64,000 nucleotides of DNA, from NCBI RefSeq assembly GCF_009914755.1, contig NC_060933.1; one strand, written 5' to 3'. Source of the stretch: the human T2T-CHM13v2.0 reference genome, Homo sapiens. The notes under the pieces were generated by a model. That model had not been told where the DNA came from, ran no database searches, and saw only the letters and a list, made by a program, of their open reading frames with translations. The translations under genes were made by a program, and so were the position numbers. Positions within the stretch are counted from its first letter, which is position 1, and each line of letters starts with the position of its first letter. Below, piece after piece: positions 1-13,877 of the stretch.

Positions 1-3000
1 GAATGGTAGGGAATAGAATGGAATGGAACGAAATGGAATGGAATGGAATGGAATGGAATGGAATGGAATGGAATGGAATCAACCTGAGTGCAATGGAATG
101 GAGTGGAAGGGAATGTAATGGAACGGAAACAACACGAATGTAATGGAATGTAATGGAGTGTAAGGGAATTGAATACAATCAATCCGAATGTAATGGAATG
201 GAATGGAATGGAATGGAATGGAATGCAATGGAATGGAATGGAATGGAATGGAATGGAATGGAATAAAATGGAATGGCAGGGAATGGAATGGAATCAACCC
301 GAGTGCAATGGAATGGAATGGAATGGAATGGAATGGAATGGAATGGAATGGATTCAACCCGAATGGAATGGAAAGGAATGGAATAAACCCGAGTGGAATG
401 GCATGGAATGGAATGGAATGGAATAGAATGGTACGGAATAGAATGGAATGGAACGAAATGGAATGGAATGGAATGGAATGGAATGGAATGGAATGGAATG
501 GAATCAACCTGAGTGCAATGGAATGGAATGGAATGGAATGGAATGGAATGGAATGGAATGGAAACAACCCGAATGGAATGGAATGGAATGGAATGGAATG
601 GAATGGAATGCAATGGAATGGAATCATCCATAATGGAATGGAATGGAATGGAATGGAATGGAATGGAATGGAATGGAATGGAATGGAATGGAATGGAATC
701 AACTCGATTGCAATCGAATGGAATGGAATGGAATTAACCCGAATAGAATGGAATGCAAAGGAATGGAACGGAACGGAATGGAATGGAATGGAATGGAATG
801 GAATGGAACGGAAAGGAAGGGAATGGAATGGAATAGAATGGAATGGAATGGAATCAACGCGAGTGCAGGGGAATGGAATGGAATGGAATGCAATGGAATG
901 CAATCTTCCGGAATGGAATGGAATGGAATGGTATGGAATGGAATGGAATGGTACGGAATAGAATGGAATGGAACGAATTGTAATGGAATGGAATTGAATG
1001 GAATGGAATGGAAGGGAATGGAATCAACGCGAGTGCAGGGGAATGTAATGGAATGGAATGCAATGGAATGGAATCATCCGGAATGGAATGGAATGGAATG
1101 GAATGGAATGGAATCAACCCGAATGCAATGGAATGGAGTGGAATGGAATGGAATGGAACGGAATGGAACAACCAGAATGGAATGGAATGTAATGGAGAGT
1201 AAGGGAGTTGAATAGAATCAATCCGAATGTAATGGAATGGAATGCAACGGAATGGAATGGAATGGAATGGAATGGAATGCAATGGAATGGAATCAACCCG
1301 AGTACAATGAAATGGAATGGAATGGAATGGAATGGAATGGAATGGAATGGAATGGAATGGAATGAAATGGAATGGCAGGGAATGGAATGGAATCAACCCG
1401 AGTGCAAAGGAATGGAATGGAATGGAATGGAATGGAATGGAATGGAATGGAATGGATTCAACCCGAATGGAATGGAAAGGAATGGAATAAACCTGAGTGG
1501 AATCGCATGGAATGGAATGGAATGGAATGGAATGGAATGGTACGGAATAGAATGGAATGGAACGAAATGGAATGGAATGTAATGGAATGGAATGGAATCA
1601 ACCTGAGTGCAATGGAATGGAGTGGAATGGAATGTAATGGAATGGAAACAACCCGAATGGAATGGAATGTAATGGAGTGTAAGGGAATTGAATACAATCA
1701 ATCCGAATGTAATGGAATGGAATGAAACGGAAGGGAATGGAATGGAATGCAGTGGAATGGAATCAAACCTAGTGCAATGGAATGGAATGGAATGGAATGG
1801 AATGGAATGGAATGGAATACTGCGGAAGAGAATGGAATGGAACGAAATGGAATGGAATGGAATGGAATGGAATGGAATGGAATGGAATCAACACGAGTGC
1901 AGTGTAATGGAATCGAATGGAATGGAATGGAATGGAATGGATTCAACACGAATGGAATGGAAACGAATGGAATAAACCCGAGTGGAATGGCATGGAATGG
2001 AGTGGAATGGAATGGAATGGAATGGAATGGAATCAACCCGAGTGCAAAGTAATGGAATCGAATGGAATGGAATGGAATGGAATGGATTCAACCCGAATGG
2101 AATGGAAAGGAATGGAATAAACCCGAGTGGAATGGCATGAAGTGGAGTGGAATGGAATGGAATGGAATGGAATGGAATGGTACGGAATAGAATGGAATGG
2201 AACGAAATGGAATGGAATGGAATGGAATGGAATGGAATAGAATGGAATGAACCCGTGTGCAATGGAATGGAATCGAATGGAATGGAATGGATTGGAATGG
2301 ATTCAACTCGAATGGAATGGAAAGGAATGGAATCAACCCGAGTGGATTGGCATGGAATGGAATGGAATGGAATGGAATGGAATGGAATGGAATGGTACGG
2401 AATAGAATGGAAAGGAACGAAATGGAATGGAATGAAATGGAATGGAATGGAATGGAATGGAATCAACCCGAGTGCAGGGGAATGGAATGGAATTGAAGGC
2501 AATGGAATGGAATCATCCGGAATTGAATGGAATGGAATGGAATCAACTCGATTGCAATGGAATGGAATGGAATGGAATGGAATGGAATGGAATGGAATGG
2601 AATGGAATGGAATTAACCCGAATAGAATGGAATGGAATGGAATGGAAGTAAATGGAATGGAAGGTAATGAACCCGAGTGCAGGGGAATGGAATGGAATGG
2701 AATGCAATGAAATGGAGTCATCCGGAATGGAACGGAAAGGAATGGAATGGAACCAACCCGTGTGTAATGGAATTGAAAGGAATGGAATGGAATGGAATGG
2801 AATGGAATGGAATGGAATGGAATGGATTCAACCCGAATGGAATGGAAAGGAAGGGAATCAACCCAAGTGGAATGGCATGGAATGGAATGGATTGGAATGG
2901 AATGGAATGGTACCGAATGGAATGGAATGGAATGGTACCGAATAGAATGGAATGGAACGAAATGGAATGGAATGGAATGGAATGGAATGGAATGGAATGG

Positions 3001-5223
3001 AATGGAATGGAATGGAAACAACACGAGTGCAATGTAATGGAATCGAATGGAATGGAATGCAATGGATTCAACCCGAATGGAATGGAAACGAATGGAATAA
3101 AACCGAGTGGAATGGCATGGAATGGAGTCTAATGGAATGGAATGGAATGGAATGGTATGGAATAGAATGGAATGGAACGAAATGGAATGGAATGGAATGG
3201 AATGAAATGAACCCGTGTGCAATGGAATGGAATGGAATGGAATGGAATGGAATGGATTCAACTCGAATGGAATGGAAAGGAATGGAATCAACCCGAGTGG
3301 AATGGCATGGAATGGAATGGAATGGAATGGAATTAACCCTAATAGAATGGAATGGAATGGAATGGAATGGAATGGAATGGAATGGAATGGAAGGAAATGG
3401 AATGGAATGGAAGGGAATGGAATGGAATGGAATGGAATGGTACGGAATAGAATGGAATGGAACGAAATGGAATGGAATGGAATGGAATGGAATGGGATGG
3501 AATGGAATGGAATGGAATCAACCCGAGTGCAGGGGAATGGAATGGAATGGAAGGCAATGGAATGACATCATTCGGAATTGAATGGAATGGAATGGAATGG
3601 AATGGAATCAACTCGATTGAAATGGAATGGAATGGAATGGAATGGAATGGAATGGAATGGAATGGAATGGAAGTGAATGGAATGGAATGTAATGAAACCG
3701 AGTGCAGGGGAATGGAATGGAATGGAATGCAATGGAATGGAGTCATCCGGAATGGAACGGAATGGAATAGAATGGAATCAACCCGAGTGCAATGGAATGG
3801 AATGGAATGGAAAGGAATGGAATGGAATGGACTCAACCCGAATGGAATGGAAAGGAATGGAATCAACCCGAGAGGAATGGCATGGAATGGAATGGAATGG
3901 AATGGAATGGAGTGGAATGGTACAGAATAGAATGTAATAGAACGAAATGGAATGGAATGGAATGGAATGGAATGGAATCATTCCGAGTGGAATAGAAGGG
4001 AATGTTTTCGAGTGGAATGAAAAGTAATGGAATCAACCAGAGTGGAATGGAATGGAATCGAGTGGAATGGAATGCAATCGAATGTAATGGAAAGGAATAG
4101 AATGGAATCAACCCGAGTGGAATGGAATGGAAAGGACTGGAATGGAATGGAATGGAATGCAATGGAATCAACTCGATTGCAATGAAATGGAATGGAATGG
4201 AATGGAATGGAATGGAATGGAATTAACCGGAATAGAATGGAATTGAATGGAATGGAAAGGAATGGAATGGAATAGAATGGAATGGAATATAATGGAATGG
4301 AATGGATTCAACTCGAATGGAATGGAAAGGAATGGAATCAACCCGAGTGGAATGGCATGGAACGGAATGGAATGGAATGGAATGGAAGGAAATGGAATGG
4401 AATGGAATGGAATGGAATGGAATGGAATCAACCCGAGTGCAATGGAATGGAATGGAATGGAAAGGAATGGAATGGAATGGATTCAACCCGAATGGAATGG
4501 AAAGGAATGGAATCAACCCGAGAGGAATGGCATGGAATGGAATGGAATGGAATGGAGTGGAATGGTACGGAATAGAATATAATGGAACGAAACGGAATGG
4601 AATGGAATGGAATGGAATGGAATGGAATGGAATGGAATGGAATCATTCCGAGTGGAATAGAAGGGAATGTTTTCGAGTGGAATGAAGAGGAATGGTATCA
4701 ACCAGAGTGGAATGGAATGGAATTGAATGGAATGGAAAGGAATAGAATGGAATCAACCCGAGTGGAATGGAATGGAAAGGACTGGAATGGAATGGAATGG
4801 AATGCAATGGAATCAACTCGATTGCAATGAAATGGAATGGAATGGAATGGAATGGAATGGAATGGAATGGAATAGAATGGAAAGGAATCACTCCAAGTGC
4901 AGGGGAATTTAATGGAATGGAATGCAGTGGAATGGAATCATCCGGAATGGAATGGAATGGAATGGAACGGAATGGAATGGAATCAACTCGAATTCAATGG
5001 AATGGAAAGGAATGGAATGGAATGGAATGCAATGGAATCGTACGGAATAGAATGGAATGGAACGAAATGGAATGTAATGGAATGGAATGGAATGGAATGG
5101 AATGGAATGGAACGGAATGGAATGGAATGAACCCGCGTGCAATGGAATGGAACGGAATGGAATGGAATGGAATGGAATGGAATGGAATGGGTTCAACTCG
5201 AATGGAATGGAAAGGAATGGAAT

Positions 5224-5413
5224 CAACACGAGTGGAATGGCATGGAATGGAATGGAATTGAATGAAATGGAATGGAATGGAATGGAATGAAATGTAATGG
5301 AATGGAAAGGAATGGAATCAACACGAGTGGAATGGCATGGAATGGAATGGAATTGAATGAAATGGAATGGAATGGAATGGAATGAAATGTAATGGAATGG
5401 AATGGAATGGAAT
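5224..5413 (+). repeat. 95-bp tandem duplication, conserved in all copies of the 6.15 kb family
   Basis: CAACACGAGTGGAATGGCATGG...TTGAATGAAAT...GAAATGTAAT at 5224 and 5319. The same pair occurs at 33842/33937, 40385/40480, 46570/46665 and 52597/52692. Confidence 0.85.
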
Positions 5414-6473
5414 CAACCCGAGTGCAATGTAATGGAACCGAATGGAATGGAATGGAATGGATTCAACCCGAATGGAATTAAAACGAATGGAATATACCCG
5501 AGTGGAATGGCATGGAATGGAGTGGAATGGAATGGAATGGAATGGAATGGAATGGAATGGTACGGAATAGAATGGAATGTAACGAAATGGAATGTAAGGG
5601 AATGGAATAGAATGGAATGGAATGAACCCGTGTGCAATGGAATATAATGGAATGGAATGGAATGGAATGGATTCAACTCTAATGGAATGGAAGGGAATGG
5701 AATCAACGCGAGTGGAATGGCATGGAATGGAATGGAATGGAATGGAATGGAATGGAAGTAAATGGAATGGAATGGAATGAACCCGAGTGCAGGGGAATGG
5801 AATGGAATGGAATGGAATGGAATGGAATGGAATGGAATGGAATGCAGTGGAATGGAATCAAACCTAGTGCAATTGAATGGAATGGAATGGAATGGAATGG
5901 AATGGAATGGAATGGAATGGAATGGATTCAACCCAAATGGAATGGAAAGCAATGGAATCAACCCGAGTGGAATGGCATGGAATGGAATGGAATGGAATGT
6001 AATGTAATGGAATGGAATGGAATGGAATGGTACCTAATAAAATGGAATGGAACGAAATGGAATGGAATGGAACGGAATAGAATGGAATCATTCTGAGTGG
6101 AATAGAAGGGAATGAATTCGAGTGGAATGGAAAGGAATGGAATCAACCAGAGTGGAATGGAAGGGAATGGAATGGAATGGAAACTAATAAAATGGAATCA
6201 ACACGAGTGGAATGGAATGGAAAGGACTTGAATGGAATGGAATGGAATGGAATGGAATCAAGTCGATTGCAATGGAATGTAATGGAATGGAGTGGAATGG
6301 AATTAACGCGAATAGAATGGAATGGAATGGAATGGAATGGAATGGAATGGAATGGAATGGAATCAACCTGAGTGCAGGGGAATGGAATGCAATGGAATGC
6401 AATGGAATGGAATGGAATGGAATGGAATCAACGCGAGTGCAGGGGAATGGAATGTAATGGAATGCAATGGAAT

Positions 6474-6488
6474 GGAATCTTCCGGAAT
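6474..6488. promoter_or_regulatory. Perfect three-unit heat-shock element, first of about 27 copies (motif match only)
   Basis: GGAAT CTTCC GGAAT matches nGAAn nTTCn nGAAn, the canonical HSF1 trimer site. Binding at this locus is not shown by the sequence. Confidence 0.55.
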
Positions 6489-7589
6489 GGAATGGAATGG
6501 AATGGAATGGAATGAAATGCAATAGATTCAACTCGATTGCAATGGAATTGAATGGAATGGAATGGAATGAAATGCAATGGATTCAACTCGATTGCAATGG
6601 AATGGAATAGATTGGAATGGAATGGAATGCAATGGAATGGAATGGAATGGAATGGAATTAACCCGAATAGAATGGAATGGAATGGAATGGAACGGAATGG
6701 AACGAAATGGAATAGAATGGAATGGAATGGAATGGAATGGTATGGAATGGAATGGAATGGTACGGAATAGAATGGAATGGAACGAATTGTAATGGAATGG
6801 AATTGAATGGAATGGAATGGAATGGAATGGAATGGAATGGAATCAACGCGAGTGCAGGGGAATGTAATGGAACGGAATGCAATGGAATGGAAACATCCGG
6901 AATGGAATGGAATGGAATGGAATGGAATGGAATGGAATGGAATGCCTTCAAACCGAATGGAATGGAAAGGAATGGAATCAACACGAGTGGAATGTAATGG
7001 AATGGAATGGAAGGGAATGGAATGGAATGGAATGGAATGATACGGAACAGAATGGAATGGAACGAAATGGAATGGAATGGAATGGAATGGAATGGAATGG
7101 AATGGAATGGAATGGAATGGAATCTTTCCGAGTAGAATAGGAGGGAATGTATTCGAGTGGTATGGAAAGGAATGGAATCACCCAGAGTGGAATGGAAGAG
7201 AATGGAATGGAATGGAAACTAATAGAATGGAATCAACCCCAGTGGAATGGAATGGAAAGGACTGGAATGGAATGGAATGGAATGAAATGGAATGAAATGG
7301 AATGGAATCAACTCGATTGGAATGGAATGGAATGGAATGGAATGGAATGAAATGGAATGGAATCAACACGATTGCAATGGAATGGAATGGAATGGAATGG
7401 AATGGAATGGAATGGAATTAACCCGAATACAATGGAATGGAATGGAATGGAATGGTACGGAATGGAGTGGAATGGAATGGAATCAACCCGAGTGCAGGGG
7501 AATGGAATGGAATGGAATGCAATGGAATGGAATCATCCGGAATGGAATGGAATGGAATGGAATGCAAAGCAATGGAATCAACTCGATTG

Positions 7590-8095
7590 CAATGGAATGG
7601 AATGGAATGGAAAGGAATACATTGGAATCACCCTGAGTGGAATGGAATGGAAAGGACTGGAATGGAGTGGAATGGAATGGAATGGAATGGAATGGAATCA
7701 ACTCGATTGGAATGGAATGGAATGGAATGGTACGGAATAGAATGGAATGGAACGAATTGTAATGGAATGGAATTGAATGGAATGGAATGGAATGGAATGG
7801 AATCAACGTGAGTGCAGGGGAATGTAATGGAACGGAATGCAATGGAATGGAATGGAATGGAAAGGAATACATTGGAATCAACCCGAGTGGAATGGAATGG
7901 AAAGGACTGGAATGGAGTGGAATGGAATGGAATGGAATGGAATGGAATCAACTCGATTGGAATGGAATGGAATGGAATGGTACGGCATAGAATGGAATGG
8001 AACGAATTGTAATGGAATGAAATTGAATGGAATGGAATGGAAAGGAATGGAATCAACGCGAGTGCAGGAGAATGTAATGGAACGGAATGCAATGG
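7590..8095 (+). repeat. 250-bp local tandem duplication
   Basis: AAAGGAATACATTGGAATCA at 7611 and 7861; TACGG at 7731 and 7981, the same 250-bp offset. Confidence 0.8.
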
Positions 8096-11000
8096 AATGG
8101 AATCATCCGGAATGGAATGGAATGGAATGGAATGGAATGGAATCAACCCGAGTGCAATGGAATGGAGTGTAATGGAATGCAATGGAAGGGAACAACCCGA
8201 ATGGAATGGAATGTAATGGAGAGTAAGGGAGTTGAATAGAATCAATCCGAATGTAATGGAATGGAATGCAACGGAATGGAATGGAATGGAATGGAATGGA
8301 ATGCAATGGAATGGAATCAACCGGAGTACAATGGAATGGAATGGAATGGAATGGAATGGAAAGGAATGGAATGATACGGAATAGAATGGAATGGAACGAA
8401 ATGGAATGGAATGGAATGGAATGGAATGGAATGGAATGGAATGGAATGGTTCCGAGTGGAATAGGAGGGAAAGTATTCGAGTGTAATGGAAAGGAATGGA
8501 ATCAACCAGAGTGGAATGGAAGGGAATGGAATGGAATGGAAACTAATAGAATGGAATCAACCCGAGTGGAATGGAATGGAAAGGACTGGAATGGAATGGA
8601 ATGGAATGGAATCAACTCGATTGCAATCGAATCGAATGGAATGGAATTAACCCGAATAGAATGGAATGGAATGGAATGGAACGGAACGGAATGGAATGGA
8701 ATGGAATGGAATGGAATGGAATGGAATTGAACGGAACGGAATGGAATGGAATGGAATGGAATGGAATCAACGCGAGTACAGGGGAATGGAATGGAATGGA
8801 ATGCAATGGAATGGAATCTTCCGGAATGGAATGGAATGGAAGGGAATGGAATGGAAAGAAATGCAATGGATTCAACTCGATTGCAATGGAATGGAATAGA
8901 ATGGAATGGAATGGAATGGAATGGAATTAATCCGAATAGAATGGAATGGAATGGAAAGGAATAGAACGGAACGGAATGGAATGGAATGGAATGGAATGGT
9001 ATGGAATGGAATGGAATGGTACGGAATAGAATGCAGTGGAACGAATTGCAATGGAATGGAATTGAATGGAATGGAATGGAATGCAATGGAATGGAATCAA
9101 CGCGAGTGCAGGGGAATGTAATGGAACGGAATGCAATGGAATAGAATCATCCGCAATGGAATGGAATGGAATGGAATGGAATGGAATCAACCCGAGTGCA
9201 ATGGAATGGAGTGGAATGGAATGGAATGGAATGGAACAACCCGAATGGAATGTAATGTAATGGAGAGTAAGGGAGTTGAATAGAATCAATCCGAATGTAA
9301 AGGAATGGAATGCAACGGAATGAAATGGAATGGAATGGAATGGAATGCAATGGAATGGAATGGAATGAAATGGAATGGTATGGAATGGAATGGTACGGAA
9401 TAGAATGGAATGGAACGAATTGTAATGGAATGGAATTGAATGGAATGGAATGGAATTGAATGGAATCAACGCGAGTGCAGGGGAATGTAATGGAACGGAA
9501 TGCAATGGAATGGAATCATCCGGAATGGAATGGAATGGAATGGAATGGAATGGAATCAACCCGAGTGCAATGGAATGGAGTGGAATGGAATGGAATGGAA
9601 TGGAATGGAATGGAATGGAATCAACGCGAGTGCAGGGAAATGGAATGGAATGGAATGCAATGGAATGGAATCTTCCGGAATGGAATGGAATGGAATGGAA
9701 TGGAATGGAATGGAATGGAATCAACCCGAGTGCAATGGAATGGAGTGGAATGGAATGGAATGGAATGGAACAACCCGAATGGAATGTAATGTAATGGAGA
9801 GTAAGGGAGTTGAATAGAATCAATCCGAATGTAAAGGAATGGAATGCAACGGAATGAAATGGAATGGAATGGAATGGAATGCAATGGAATGGAATCAACT
9901 CGAGTACAATGGAATGGAATGGAATGGAATTGAATGCAATGGAATGGAATCAACTCGAGTACAATGGAATGGAATGGAATGGAATGGAATGGAATGGAAT
10001 GGAATGGAATGGAATGGAATTGAATGGAATGGAATGCCTTCAAACCGAATGGAATGGAAAGGAATGGAATCACCACGAGTGGAATGGAATGGAATGGAAA
10101 GGAATGGAATGGAATAGAATGGTACGGAATAGAATGGAATGGAACGAACTGGAATGGAATGGAATGGAATGGAATGGAATGGAATGGAATGGAATAGTTC
10201 TGAGTGGAATAGGAGGGAATGTATTCGAGTGGAATGGAAAGGAATGGAATCAACCAGATTGGAATGGAAGGGAATGGAATGGAATGGAAACTAATAGAAT
10301 GGAATCAACACGAGTGGAATGGAATGGAAAGGACTGGAATGGAATGGAATGGAATGGAATTGAATGGAATCAACTACATTGTAAGGGAATGGAATGGAAT
10401 GGAATGGAATGGAATTAACCCGAATACAATGGAATGGACTAGAATGGAACGGAATGGAGTGTAATGGAATGCAATCAACCCGAGTGCAGGGGAATGGAAT
10501 GGAATGGAATGCAATGGAATGGAATCATCCGGAATGGAATGGAATGGAATGGAATGCAAAGCAATGGAATCAACTCGATTGCAATGGAATGGAATGGAAT
10601 GGAAAGGAATAGAACGGAATCAACCCGAGTGTAATGGAATGGAAAGGACTGGAATGGAGTGGAATGGAATGGAATGGAATGGAATGGAATCAACTCGATT
10701 GGAATGGAATGGAATGGAATGGAAAGGAATGGAATGGAATTAACACGAATAGAATGGAATGGAATGGAATGGAACGGAATGGAATGGAATGGAATGGAAT
10801 GGAATCAACCCGACTGCAGGGGAATGGAATGGAATGGAATGCAATAGAATGGAATCATCCGGAACGGAATAGAATGGAATGGAATGGAATCAACTCGATT
10901 GCAATCGAATGGAATGGAATGGAATTAACCCGAATAGAATGGAATGGAATGGAATGGAAGGGAACGGAATGGAATGCAATGGAATGGAATGAAATGGAAC

Positions 11001-13877
11001 GGAACGGAACGGAATGCAATGGAATGGAATGGAATGGAATGGAATCAACGCGAGTGCAGGGGAATGGAATGGAATGGAATGCAATGGAATGGAATCTTCC
11101 GGAATGGAATGGAATGGAATGGAATGGAATGAAATGCAATGGATTCAACTCGATTGCAATGGAATGGAATGGAATGGAATGGAATGGAACGGAATGGAAC
11201 GGAACGGAATGGAATGGAATGGAATGGAATGGAATGGTATGGAATGGAATGGAATGGTACGGAATAGAATGGAATGGAACGAATTGTAATGGAATGGAAT
11301 TGAATGGAATGGAATGGAATGGAATGGAGTGGAATCAACGCGAGTGCAGGGGAATGTAATGGAACGGAATGCAATGGAACGGAATCATCCGGAATGGAAT
11401 GGAATGGAATGGAATGGAATGGAATGGAATGGAATGGAATGGAATCAACCCGAGTGCAATGTAATGGAGTGGAATGGAATGGAATGGAATGGAACAACCC
11501 GAATGGAATGGAATGTAATGGAGAGTAAGGGAGTTGAATAGAATCAATCCGAATGTAATGGAATGGAATGCAACGGATTGGAATGGAATGGAATGCAATG
11601 GAATAGAATCAACCCGAGTACAATGGAATGGAATCGAATGGAATGGAATGGAATGGAATGCCTTCAAACCGAATGGAATGGAAAGGAATGGAATCAACAC
11701 GAGTGGAATGTAATGGAATGGAATGGAAGGGAATGGAATGGAATGGAATGGAATGATACGGAACAGAATGGAATGGAACGAAATGGAATGGAATGGAATG
11801 GAATGGAATGGAATGGAATGGAATGGAATGGAATGGAATGGAATCGTTCCGAGTAGAATAGGAGGGAATGTATTCGAGTGGAATGGAAAGGAATGGAATC
11901 ACCCAGAGTGGAATGGAAGAGAATGGAATGGAATGGAAACTAATAGAATGGAATCAACCCGAGTGGAATGGAATGGAAAGGACTGGAATGGAATGGAATG
12001 GAATGGAATGCAATGAAATCGAATGGAATCAACTCGATTGGAATGGAATGTAATGGAATGGAATGGAATGAAATGGAATGGAATCAACTCGATTGCAATG
12101 GAATGGAATGGAATGGAATGGAATGGAATGGAATGGAATGGAATGGAAACAACTCGATTGTAATGGAATGGAATGGAATGGAATGGAATGGAATGGAATG
12201 GAATGGAATTAACCCGAATAAAATGGAATGGAATGGAATGGAATGGAATGGAGTGGAATGGAATGGAATCAACCCGAGTGCAGGGGAATGGAATGGAAAG
12301 GAATGCAGTGGAATGGAATCATCCGGAATGGAATGGAATGGAATGGAATGCAAAGCAATGGAATCAACTCGATTGCAATGGAATGGAATGGAATAGAAAG
12401 GAATAGAATGGAATCAACCCGAGTGTAATGGAATGGAAAGGACTGGAATGGAGTGGAATGGAATGGAATGGAATGGAATGGAATCAACTCGATTGGAATG
12501 GAATGGAATGGAATGGAATGGAATGGAATGCAATTAACCCGAATAGAATGGAATGGAATGGAATGGAACGGAATGGAATGGAATAGAATGGAATAGAATG
12601 GAATGGAATGGAATCAACCCGACTGCATGGGAATGGAATGGAATGGAATGGAATGGAATGGAATCATCCGGAACGGAATGGAATGGAATCGAATGGAATC
12701 AACTCGATTGCAATGGAATGGAATGGAATGGAATAGAATGGAATGGAATGGAATGGAATGGAATGGAATGGAATTCACCCGAATAGAATGGAATGGAATG
12801 GAATGGAAAGGAATGGAAGGGAAGGAAATGGAATGTAATCAACCCGAGTGCAGGGGAATGGAATGGAATGGAATGCAATGGAATGGAATCATCCGGAATG
12901 GAATCGAATGGAATGGAATTGAATGGAATGGAATGGAATGGTATCAACCCGAGTGCAGGGGAATGTAATGGAACGGAATGCAATGCAATGGAATCATCCG
13001 GAATGGAATGGAATTGAATGGAATGGAATGGAATCAACCCGAGTGCAATGGAATGGAGTGGAATGGAATGGAATGGAATGGAATCAATCATTCCGAGTGG
13101 AATGGAAGGGAATGTAATGGAGTGGAAAGAAGGGAATGGAATCAACCCGAGTGGAATGCAAGGCAATGGAATGGAATGGAAAGGAATGGAATGGAATCAA
13201 CTCGATTGCAATGGAATGGAATGGAATGGAATGGAATGGAATGGAATGGAATGGAATGGAATTAACCTTAATAGAATGGAATGGAATGGAATGGAACGGA
13301 ATGGAATGGAATGGAAGGGAATGGAATCAACACGAGAGCAGGGGAATGGAATGGAATGGAATGCAATGGAATGGAATCATCCGGAATGGAATGGAATGGA
13401 ATGGAATAAACTCCATTGCAATGGAATGGAATGGAATGGAATGGAATAAAATGGAAAGGAATTAACCCGAATAGAATGGAATGCAATAGAATGGAATGCA
13501 ACGGAACCGAATGGAGTGGAATGGAATGGAATGGAATCAACCCGAGTAAAGGGGAATGGAAAGGAATGGAAAGCAATGGAATGGAGTCATCCGTAATGGA
13601 ATGGAAAGGAATGGAATGGAATGGAATGGAATGGAATCAACTCGATGGCAATCGAATGGAATGGAATGGAATTAACCCGAATAGAATGGAATGCAATGGA
13701 ATGGAACGGAACGGAATGGAATGGAATGGAATGGAATTGAACGGAACGGAATGGAATGGAATGGAATAGAATTTAATCAACGCGAGTGCAGGGGAATGGA
13801 ATGGAATGGAATGTAATGGAATGGAATCTTCCGGAATGGAATGGAATGGAATGGAATGGAATGAAAGGCAATGGATT

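Larger units (their letters stand above)
1885..6900 (+). repeat. Isolated, internally deleted copy of the ~6.15 kb higher-order unit family
   Basis: Carries the same ordered markers as the 30.4-53.9 kb array: GGAAGTAAATGGAATGGAAGGTAATGAACC (2644), GGTACC doublet (2909/2934), TGACATCATTC (3563), CACTCCAAGT (4889), CAAACCTAGT (5859), CAAGTCGATT (6259). Confidence 0.85.

Noticed and set aside
865-875. GCAGGGG words as G-quadruplex seeds
   Set aside because: Single G4 tracts tens to hundreds of bases apart; no cluster of four runs of three or more G.
1888-3291. Longest ORF (467 aa, minus strand) and all other HSIPF-repeat ORFs
   Set aside because: (ATTCC)n has no stop codon in any frame. The ORFs overlap in all frames, have no domain content, and their ends are set by chance variant words.
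3334-3342. TAACCCTAA, a telomeric TRF-type half site (also at 31632, 32662, 37765, 44306, 50478)
   Set aside because: An isolated 9-mer one substitution away from the common word TAACCCGAA; there is no tandem TTAGGG tract.
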